From: an uncultured Thermococci archaeon
Lineage (GTDB): Archaea; Methanobacteriota_B; Thermococci; Methanofastidiosales; B48-G16
DNA: 64,000 nt
Direction: 5' to 3'
Assembly: GCA_964595645.1 (NCBI GenBank)
Contig: CAZQQT010000005.1
Coordinates: 104,999 to 168,998, forward strand
The notes under the pieces are model-generated. The model made no database searches. It was not told the DNA's origin and saw only the letters and a program-made list of their open reading frames with translations. Below, piece after piece: positions 56,300 to 64,000 of this stretch (the stretch's first letter is position 1; every line of letters begins with the position of its first letter). Both the position numbers and the translations under genes were made by a program.

Positions 56300-58708
56300 A
56301 TGGAACGAGAAAAGAAATATGTACTGTGGTTTGACGAGATCAGCATGGACGACGTCCCCCTCGTGGGTGGAAAAAATGCTTCACTGGGAGAGATGTACAG
56401 AAACCTTACCTCAAAAGGTGTAGAGGTCCCTGGTGGATTTGCAGTAACAGCATACGCGTATAGGTACCTTATTAAAGAGACAGAAATCGAAGATAAAATT
56501 GTGAATGTCCTCTCGGATTTAGATGTTCATGATCTGAGTAACCTTCGGGAAAAGGGTGAGAAGGTCCGAAACCTTATCGCCAATGTAGAGTTCCCAGATG
56601 ATCTGCGAGAGGCTATTCTGGATGCGTATCACAAAATGCTCGAAGAGGACGAAAATCTCACTGTTGCTGTACGATCCTCTGCTACAGCTGAGGATCTGCC
56701 CGACGCGAGTTTTGCAGGACAACAGGAGACCTATCTCAATGTAAAGGGAGATGAAGATCTTATAGAAGCGTGTAAGAACTGCTTTGCTTCATTGTTCACC
56801 AATAGGGCAATATCGTACCGTGAAGATAAAGGATTTAATCATTTCGATGTTTACCTCTCAATAGGTGTCCAAAAAATGGTGAGAAGTGATCTTGCATCCT
56901 CCGGCGTGTTGTTCTCCATCGATACAGAGTCTGGATTGGAGGATGTGGTGTTCATCACAGGATCGTGGGGGCTAGGAGAGAATGTTGTACAGGGAACAGT
57001 AAACCCTGATGAGTACTACGTATTCAAACCTACCTTGAAAAAGGGATACAACTCCATTGTCGGAAAAAAACTTGGATCGAAGGAAGTAAAAATGATCTAC
57101 ACCTCCGGCAAAGAGCGCACAAAAAATGTCGAGACTACAGAGGAGGAAAGAAACTCCTATGTACTCGATGATGATGAGATAGTTCAGCTCGCAAAATGGG
57201 GTACAGTTATCGAGGAGCACTACGACAAGCCTATGGACATCGAATGGGCGAAGGATGGAAACACCGGTAGACTTTACATTGTGCAGGCACGCCCTGAGAC
57301 CGTCCACTCACAGCGGGATATGAGTGTCATAAAAACGTATAAACTCAAAGAACACGGCAATTTACTGGTAGAAGGACAGGCCGTTGGCCAGAAAATTGGG
57401 AAAGGAACAGTAAATGTCATCGAATCCGCAGAAGAGATTGAGAAGTTTAAAAAAGGAGAAGTGCTAGTCACTGATATGACTGACCCAGACTGGGAGCCGA
57501 TAATGAAGATAGCCTCTGCAATTGTCACAAATAAAGGAGGACGAACATGCCACGCTGCTATTGTCTCACGGGAGCTTGGAATTCCTTGTATTATCGGTAC
57601 CGAAGATGGTACAGACCATCTGAAAAGCAGTCAGGAAGTCACAGTAAGCTGCGCTGAAGGTGAGAAAGGAAAGGTCTATGATGGACTACTGGAGTACGAG
57701 GTTGAAGAGACAAAGCTCGAGCGTTTGGATACAAAGACACAGATCATGATGAACGTCGGTATTCCCGAGAAGGCATTTATTCAGGGGCAGATACCCTGTG
57801 ACGGCGTGGGGCTTGCGCGAGAGGAGTTTATTATCAACTCCTATATTGGTATCCATCCTCTGGCGCTGATACATTATGAGAAACTCAAGGCGTCGGATGA
57901 TCCTGAGAAGAGAGAGATTGTGAAAAAGATAGAGGAGCAGACAAAAGCATACTCCGATAAGGTGCAGTTTTTCATCGACACACTTGCCCATGGAATTGGG
58001 AAGATAGCTGCAGGATTCTACCCCGACGATGTCATTGTAAGGCTCTCCGACTTCAAGACCAACGAGTACGCTAATCTCATCGGCGGACAGCTCTACGAAC
58101 CAGAGGAACACAACCCGATGATCGGATGGAGAGGTGCTTCCCGATACTACGACGAGGACTTTAAGCCCGCATTTGGACTCGAGTGTGAAGCACTCATGAA
58201 GGTGCGGGATGAGATGGGACTGACCAATGTGAAGGTGATGGTCCCCTTCTGTAGAACGCCAAAAGAGGGCAAGAAGGTCATCGAGGTCATGGAAGAATAC
58301 GGTCTCAAGCAGGGAGAAAACGATCTAGAAGTCTACGTAATGTGCGAGATACCCAGCAACGTGGTGACAGCAGACAAATTTGCTGAGATCTTTGATGGGT
58401 TCAGTATTGGATCCAACGATCTTACCCAGTTGACACTGGGGCTCGATAGAGACTCCGAACTCGTGGCACATATCTTCGATGAGCGAGATGAGGCAGTGAA
58501 ACGGCTGGTGAAACAGGTGATAGATACTGCGCATCAGCACAATCCCCGACGGAAGGTAGGTATCTGTGGCCAGGCACCGTCGGACTACCCAGAGTTCGCG
58601 GAGTACCTTGTGGAGTGTGGGATTGATTCCATGTCGCTGAACCCAGATACGGTCATGCGAACAAAACTCCTCGTCGCAGAAAAGGAAGAAGAGATGGAAA
58701 AGAGATAA
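56300..58708 (+). CDS. ppsA: Phosphoenolpyruvate synthase (pyruvate, water dikinase)
   Basis: VGGKNASLGE, AVRSSATAEDLPDASFAGQQET, DIEWA, QARPET, GGRTCHAAIVSRE, NPMIGWRG, SIGSNDLTQ, ICGQAP. Confidence 0.96.
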   Translation: MEREKKYVLWFDEISMDDVPLVGGKNASLGEMYRNLTSKGVEVPGGFAVTAYAYRYLIKETEIEDKIVNVLSDLDVHDLSNLREKGEKVRNLIANVEFPDDLREAILDAYHKMLEEDENLTVAVRSSATAEDLPDASFAGQQETYLNVKGDEDLIEACKNCFASLFTNRAISYREDKGFNHFDVYLSIGVQKMVRSDLASSGVLFSIDTESGLEDVVFITGSWGLGENVVQGTVNPDEYYVFKPTLKKGYNSIVGKKLGSKEVKMIYTSGKERTKNVETTEEERNSYVLDDDEIVQLAKWGTVIEEHYDKPMDIEWAKDGNTGRLYIVQARPETVHSQRDMSVIKTYKLKEHGNLLVEGQAVGQKIGKGTVNVIESAEEIEKFKKGEVLVTDMTDPDWEPIMKIASAIVTNKGGRTCHAAIVSRELGIPCIIGTEDGTDHLKSSQEVTVSCAEGEKGKVYDGLLEYEVEETKLERLDTKTQIMMNVGIPEKAFIQGQIPCDGVGLAREEFIINSYIGIHPLALIHYEKLKASDDPEKREIVKKIEEQTKAYSDKVQFFIDTLAHGIGKIAAGFYPDDVIVRLSDFKTNEYANLIGGQLYEPEEHNPMIGWRGASRYYDEDFKPAFGLECEALMKVRDEMGLTNVKVMVPFCRTPKEGKKVIEVMEEYGLKQGENDLEVYVMCEIPSNVVTADKFAEIFDGFSIGSNDLTQLTLGLDRDSELVAHIFDERDEAVKRLVKQVIDTAHQHNPRRKVGICGQAPSDYPEFAEYLVECGIDSMSLNPDTVMRTKLLVAEKEEEMEKR

Positions 58709-58722
58709 ATTTTCCACTTTTT

Positions 58723-59586
58723 TTATTTTTCATTTTTTCTTTCCAACATCATATTCAATACGATGAAAAAGACTAATTCGAAAGGTATTGCAATTACAGA
58801 ACTCAAACTTGCCTGTTTTCCAAAAATATCAAGTGCAATAGCTGCAGCCATTCCACAGTTTTTGTAGGAGGAAAAGAGGGTAAAACTGATTCTTTTTTTC
58901 GTTTCTACGTTTTTTAGGAGATAAAATACAGAAAATCCCAATACAAATGTTTTAATAAATCCAATGATAAACAAGTTTAACACTTCCATTCTAAAGAAAC
59001 TTTCGCTATTGAGTCCTATTATTGTGTAGATCACCAAAAACATGAGAATGTTCACCAGATAATCGCGATTACTTTTTATTTTTGTGTAAAAGTGAGTCCG
59101 GGAAACAATGTACGCAAGGAGTATTGGGAGGATAATAAACTCAAGCAAGGTTTTGAGGAGCTCGATATAGCTTACAGTCTCCCCAAAAATAACAAAAACC
59201 ACTACAGGCGCGATAATGACTGAACTGAGATATGTAAAGGTTTCTCCCATGAGAGAGAGCTTTATGTCTCCTTTGAGAATATAGGTGAAAGGTATTACTG
59301 CGACGGCAGGAGGAACAGTAGCCATGATTACGTAGCCTTCAAAAAATACTTGATCCACCAGCGATCCCATTCCAATCAAAAATACGCCGAGAATTCCATA
59401 ATTGAGAATCATTACCAACAGTATGTCTCTTTTATTACCTATATCTCTCGTAAACTCTAAATCGAGCAGTGAGAGGAACATCACCGTACCAAGCATCAGG
59501 AAGAAGTAGTTCTCGAGTACTGGTGAGAGCTGAGGAAAGAGCAGTCCGAGGATAAATGCACAGATAAAGGCGATGCTGAGGTTCAT
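58723..59586 (-). CDS. Bile acid:Na+ symporter (BASS) family transporter
   Basis: About 9-10 TM; VPPAVAVIPFT..KGD, SYKNCGMA. Confidence 0.75.
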   Translation of the reverse strand: MNLSIAFICAFILGLLFPQLSPVLENYFFLMLGTVMFLSLLDLEFTRDIGNKRDILLVMILNYGILGVFLIGMGSLVDQVFFEGYVIMATVPPAVAVIPFTYILKGDIKLSLMGETFTYLSSVIIAPVVVFVIFGETVSYIELLKTLLEFIILPILLAYIVSRTHFYTKIKSNRDYLVNILMFLVIYTIIGLNSESFFRMEVLNLFIIGFIKTFVLGFSVFYLLKNVETKKRISFTLFSSYKNCGMAAAIALDIFGKQASLSSVIAIPFELVFFIVLNMMLERKNEK

Positions 59587-59625
59587 GGAAGCACTTTCTC
59601 AGTGAATCCTTATAAATGGATCACT

Positions 59626-60759
59626 TTATGGAATGGGAACGGTAGCTGCTCCATCTGGCACTAATAATGTGTCACCTTCGAGCATTTCTGTATCCTCAAA
59701 GGTAAATGGCTGTATATGACCCTTTTTGAGTAATTCATTTTTTATCTCTGTAATTGCATAGAGATGAAATTGTTGCATTCCCTCAAGAAGTTTCGCTGTT
59801 TTGTGCCACCCTAATTTATAATTGGTTTTGATTTTCTTGAAGACATTCTCAGGAGAGTCGCTGATCAATAGATCGTAGTAGTGGGACGGATGGCCGAGAC
59901 CGTCTTTACACTGTGACACGAGGATCAGATTTCCGTTCTCCTTTACTACGGCTTTGACGTTTTCTATTGCCTTATGAGACTGATCGAGGTTGAGATCCAT
60001 TGGGGTGTTTGCAACGGTGATGACATTGTCGTATTTTTTACCTGTGTCGACGGCAAAGATCTCCTTAGCTTTCTCAGCCGCACGATAAAATGAATCAAGG
60101 ATATCGCCGTATTCTACACTCACTAGTTCTCCCTCTTTATCCAGCACAAGATTAATGCCAAAGACATCCTTCTGTTCCAGTACCATTTGGCAGATCTCTA
60201 CCATTTCCTCGTGTACCGGATTCCCCTCAAGTTTCATTACTTGTGCCGCATTGTCCAGTGCCAGTTGATGATTCCTCTCGATAGTTTCGTAGGCCGCTAC
60301 ACCCGGAATAAAGCTTTTTCTGCCTCCTGTGAATCCAGCAAAATAGTGGGGTTCTACCGAATTGATTGCCACAATTTTTTCAAAGGCGTCCAGTGTACTG
60401 TTTAGATATACGGCGTTACCGTTGGATGTTTCACCGTAAAAGGTCACATCGCTCTTTTCCGCATCATGCACAGCGACGTCTTTCTTGAATTGAGCGAGAA
60501 ACTCATTACTTGGGGGCTCATGTGCTCCGGTAGCTACGAGTATCCCGTCCTCTCTCTTCACATGGAGAGATGAGAGGATTTTATTGGACGGCGTAGGCCG
60601 TTGATCATCATTCACTATGTAGAGCACTCTTTCGTCTACGAACGCTTCAGTGGCTTCTATGCACCTCTCTAATGTAACGTGAGACGGAGTATCCTTTGGT
60701 TCTGCAACATCTGCTTCGATATTCACATCCACGTATTCTCCTGCATAGTAGATCTCCAT
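59626..60759 (-). CDS. larA: LarA-family nickel-pincer racemase/epimerase
   Basis: VNDDQRPTP, ATGAH, VEPHYFAGFTGGRKS, IERNH, GNPVHEEM, NLDQSHKA. Confidence 0.85.
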   Translation of the reverse strand: MEIYYAGEYVDVNIEADVAEPKDTPSHVTLERCIEATEAFVDERVLYIVNDDQRPTPSNKILSSLHVKREDGILVATGAHEPPSNEFLAQFKKDVAVHDAEKSDVTFYGETSNGNAVYLNSTLDAFEKIVAINSVEPHYFAGFTGGRKSFIPGVAAYETIERNHQLALDNAAQVMKLEGNPVHEEMVEICQMVLEQKDVFGINLVLDKEGELVSVEYGDILDSFYRAAEKAKEIFAVDTGKKYDNVITVANTPMDLNLDQSHKAIENVKAVVKENGNLILVSQCKDGLGHPSHYYDLLISDSPENVFKKIKTNYKLGWHKTAKLLEGMQQFHLYAITEIKNELLKKGHIQPFTFEDTEMLEGDTLLVPDGAATVPIP

Positions 60760-60763
60760 GGTA

Positions 60764-61468
60764 TCACGATTTTATCTTGTCAACAATGTACTTTGCAGTA
60801 ACATTCATTGGATCGATAACAGGGATTCCTATATCCACATTTTCTAATGCAAGAGGTATCTCTGTGCACCCTGCAATAAGTACCCTTGCACCTCTATCTC
60901 TCATTTTTTCACCGAGCTCTTTCAAGAAAGGCTGAGCTTTCTCTACTTTTCCTTTCTTTATTTTTTTATAAATAACATCCATGAGTTTATCCTGTTCATC
61001 TTTTTCCGGTGTTAAAATTGTAAATCCTGTCTCTTTAAAGATCCGATGGTATATTTTAGATTTTATTGTTCCTTCAGTGGCCAATAATGCAACATTTCCT
61101 ATTTTAGGATATTTTTTCTTTACATAATCTCTTGTTTGCTCTATAATACTAACTATTTCACTTTTTGCCTCTTTACGAAGATCATCTACAAAGTAATGTG
61201 CAGTATTACAGGGAATTGCTACGAGATCTACTCCACACTTTTCAAGCAATTTTAAACTCTCTAGAAGTTCCGAGTAGGGGCAGGGGCCCTCTCCAAGGAT
61301 ATACTTCGTCCTGTCAGGTACCTGCGGATTACTGTCTATAAGGGTGTGAATATGATCCTGGTCTTTTTCTACCTTCGTTGCGTCGATGATCTTTTTGTAG
61401 AAGTATATTGTTGCTTCGGGTCCCATTCCTCCTATTATACCAAGTTTTTTCTCTTTCATTGACGTCAT
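60764..61468 (-). CDS. Aspartate/glutamate racemase (PLP-independent, RacX/YgeA-like)
   Basis: GIIGGMGPEAT, DQDHI, PDRT, IPCNTAH, LLATEGT, AGCTEIP (both catalytic Cys). Confidence 0.92.
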   Translation of the reverse strand: MTSMKEKKLGIIGGMGPEATIYFYKKIIDATKVEKDQDHIHTLIDSNPQVPDRTKYILGEGPCPYSELLESLKLLEKCGVDLVAIPCNTAHYFVDDLRKEAKSEIVSIIEQTRDYVKKKYPKIGNVALLATEGTIKSKIYHRIFKETGFTILTPEKDEQDKLMDVIYKKIKKGKVEKAQPFLKELGEKMRDRGARVLIAGCTEIPLALENVDIGIPVIDPMNVTAKYIVDKIKS

Positions 61469-62608
61469 CTAGAGACACGCTTCTATTTTTTCGAATGCCT
61501 CTTTTATCTTCTCATTGGGGATCGTGTATGCCAATCGCAAGTGATTTTCCATTCCAAAGGCGAACCCTGGTACCGTTGCGACGTGTGCATCTTGAAGTAG
61601 TTTTTTCGCAAAGTCCATTGAGCCCATGTCGAGGTTGTAGGAAGGGAAGACATAAAACGCACCGGACGGCTTTTGACATTCAAAAAGATCCGAATCATCT
61701 ATTAAGTCTACAATACAGTCTCTTCTTTTTTTGTACTCTGCTACCATTTCTTGTACGAATTTCTCCGATTTTTCTGACGTGAGTGCTTCCAATGCCCCCA
61801 TCTGTGCGAAAGCCGTAACACATGAGGCAGAATGCTGATATATTTTTACCATTCCTTCTACCACATCCCTTGGTGCATGCACATATCCTAGTCTCCACCC
61901 GGTCATCGCATAACTTTTAGAAAATCCGTTGACCGTAATGATGTTATCGTACTCTGATCCCGGACTGTAGAACTCACCTTCGTAGAGCAGCCGCTCGTAT
62001 ATCTCATCTGAGAGTACGTAACTTCCATTATCCTCAGCAATTTCTGCAATGCCCTTAAGAATTTTTGGCGGATAGACTGCACCTGTTGGATTACACGGGG
62101 AGTTTACTAGGATTATTTTTGTAGATTTGTCTATATTTTCTGCTAAAGTATCTAAATCAGGTATAAATCCATTTTTTTCTTCTGTAGTTATTCTCTTTAC
62201 ATCTGCACCAGCGAGTTTTGCGATAGGATCGTAAGAAACCCACGAAGGATCGAGGAGTACCATATTGTCCCCTTCTTCGAGAATTGCCTGAGCAGCAAGG
62301 TAGATTCCAAATTTTGCACCTACTGTTACCACAAGATCTTCTGTATCAGCGTCAATGTTGTTATCATTCTTTAACTTTTTTGCGATAGCTTCTCGTAGAT
62401 CGAAGTCTCCCTTTGTCGGTTCGTAGTGTGTTTTTCCAGTATGTAATGCTTCTGTTGCCGCATCACGGATGTTCTTCGGCGTGTCAAAGTCTGGTTCACC
62501 TACACCTAACGATATAATTTCTACTCCCTGTCGTCTCAGTGTCTTTACCTCATTGTCTACCTCTTCTGTGGCAGACGGTTCTACATTTCTTACCTTTTGA
62601 GATAACAT
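61469..62608 (-). CDS. Class I PLP aminotransferase (aspartate/aromatic type)
   Basis: GEPDF, NSPCNPTG, SDEIY, NGFSKSYAMTGWRLGY, GAFY. Confidence 0.93.
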   Translation of the reverse strand: MLSQKVRNVEPSATEEVDNEVKTLRRQGVEIISLGVGEPDFDTPKNIRDAATEALHTGKTHYEPTKGDFDLREAIAKKLKNDNNIDADTEDLVVTVGAKFGIYLAAQAILEEGDNMVLLDPSWVSYDPIAKLAGADVKRITTEEKNGFIPDLDTLAENIDKSTKIILVNSPCNPTGAVYPPKILKGIAEIAEDNGSYVLSDEIYERLLYEGEFYSPGSEYDNIITVNGFSKSYAMTGWRLGYVHAPRDVVEGMVKIYQHSASCVTAFAQMGALEALTSEKSEKFVQEMVAEYKKRRDCIVDLIDDSDLFECQKPSGAFYVFPSYNLDMGSMDFAKKLLQDAHVATVPGFAFGMENHLRLAYTIPNEKIKEAFEKIEACL

Positions 62609-62688
62609 ATTCTCACCAACATATTTTTCGATTTAATATTTTCTCCCTATCATAAAAGGGCAATGATGTATACTCTATCATAAATACT

Positions 62689-63696
62689 TCAGCCTTTATA
62701 TTTTCTTCTGAGTGCACCCTTCACACTATATCTGAGAAACTCTACCATTTGTGCGTGAACTGTGTCTGGAAGATCATCACAAAATGGTCCTGGGTAGGGG
62801 CTTCCGTTCATGCCCACACCTCCTGCATCCACGCATTCTCGTATAGCCCGCATCTCGTAGTCACCAGTGTGAAGAATTTCCATATTTTCTTTTTTTCCTG
62901 CTAAAACAGCAGCAATACCGTACGCTCCCCAGTTTGATACAGAGGCAGCAACAAGGACGTCTGTTTTTGTGGTACACGCAATTCCACCTTTACAAGGACA
63001 TTGACAGCGGTTTCCATAGGCCACTTCCTTTCTTACTGTGTCTACAACATTTCCCATACCTACTTCGTTGCCGCCATCGCCTATCCCCATTGTGAGGATA
63101 TTATGGGTCTTGGCCACCTCTATTAGTTCATCGATTTCGGCAGTGGACTCTGAAATATCGCGTCCTGTCATATTGTGGTATACACCCTCTTTGTTTTTTC
63201 CAATCCGTTCTATTGAGATTACTGCTGACGGATTAAACTTTTCTATGAGCTCTTCTGATTGTTTTTTTTCATTTCCCTTAGAAAATTCTGTGATAGTGGC
63301 GACTCGTTCGTACTTTTGTGCATTCTCAAAGGACAGTACATTGAGCCCAATCCCTCGTAGTGTATGGAGCATCATGTTCATATGAACATTTTCCACTACG
63401 ATTATCGGTTTTACGCCGAAACTGATACAGAGAGCACGAGCGAGTGAGGCAGCGCCGATGGGACCGTCTGTTTCCCCTGCTCCTAGACCCGGATAGGTGC
63501 AACCCGTGGTAATAAACACTGTATCGTCTTCATCGAGGGTATCAGAAAGTTTTTCGGCTGCTTTGAAAGTAAGTGGGTCACCATTTTTTCGTGCACTTTT
63601 ATAAATAGATGTTATCGCGCCTCTAGCGAGGATATCTGTCGTAATAAGCTTATCAACTGTATCACCAAGTTTTTTTTCCGTTTTTTCATCTAACAT
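62689..63696 (-). CDS. D-glutamate cyclase-like protein (DUF4392)
   Basis: ITTG, GETDGPIGAA, ISIERIG..YHNMTG, GIGDGGNEVGMG, ASVSNWGAY. Confidence 0.85.
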   Translation of the reverse strand: MLDEKTEKKLGDTVDKLITTDILARGAITSIYKSARKNGDPLTFKAAEKLSDTLDEDDTVFITTGCTYPGLGAGETDGPIGAASLARALCISFGVKPIIVVENVHMNMMLHTLRGIGLNVLSFENAQKYERVATITEFSKGNEKKQSEELIEKFNPSAVISIERIGKNKEGVYHNMTGRDISESTAEIDELIEVAKTHNILTMGIGDGGNEVGMGNVVDTVRKEVAYGNRCQCPCKGGIACTTKTDVLVAASVSNWGAYGIAAVLAGKKENMEILHTGDYEMRAIRECVDAGGVGMNGSPYPGPFCDDLPDTVHAQMVEFLRYSVKGALRRKYKG

Positions 63697-63960
63697 TTCA
63701 TGTAACCTCCATGAATTACCTTGTTAGTTCGTCTGGTGCGGAGAACTTAAATATTTTTTTCCCATTATATTAATATGAAGATCATTCAGTAATTTTCTGG
63801 CTGATCATGATAGAACATATATAAGAAAATAATAGTTATTCTGTATAAGCAATTATTTTAGGAAAAACCTATAAAAGGTAGATGTATATTGAATAAAAGT
63901 ATACTAACATAAATACCATTTGCATTTGGAATCATTTGGAATTTTTAAGGAGGATATCAT

Positions 63961-64000
63961 ATGAATAAGACAATCGTGATCGCACTCGGAGGGAACGCCA
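63961..64000 (+). CDS. arcC: Probable carbamate kinase, N-terminus only (runs off window)
   Basis: SD aaggagg then MNKTIVIALGGNA. Confidence 0.75.
   Translation, partial: MNKTIVIALGGNA

Noticed and set aside
3393-63385. Numerous 60-220 aa ORFs antisense or off-frame within annotated genes
   Set aside because: They overlap well-supported genes and show no motifs; treated as shadow ORFs
1-64000. CRISPR array, IS element, integrase or provirus (including at tRNA-Ala)
   Set aside because: No regularly spaced repeats, transposase or integrase motifs, or duplicated tRNA 3' end were seen by eye

Overview
Gene-dense archaeal chromosomal window (about 40% GC by eye; BRE/TATA promoters, many apparently leaderless genes, archaeal SRP RNA, Rpp21, DRG GTPase). 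Gene content suggests an anaerobic amino-acid fermenter, probably from a Thermococci-related lineage such as Theionarchaea or Methanofastidiosia (inference). Housekeeping genes: topA, rpp21, nfo, SRP RNA, cysS, eno, tRNA-Ala(CGC), gdhA, ppsA. Catabolic and accessory loci: a THF-dependent formiminoglutamate operon (ftcD, cyclodeaminase, fhs), a partly decayed hydantoin/creatinine-type cluster, a vapBC pair with a perfect operator palindrome, and a frameshifted AOR operon. The centrepiece is a ~15 kb redox island: NfnAB copy 1; a tightly coupled five-gene unit joining a HydABC/NuoEFG-type bifurcating module (NuoG subunit lacks a Mo/W ligand) to a second, atypical NfnAB; a CoA-disulfide-reductase-like flavoprotein; and a group 3b [NiFe]-hydrogenase with fused beta-gamma subunits. 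At the right end is a candidate D-amino-acid/stereo-inversion operon (D-glutamate cyclase, aminotransferase, Asp/Glu racemase, LarA, Na+ symporter). No CRISPR array, rRNA, transposase or integrase was seen. All assignments come from motif recognition by eye; no searches were run.
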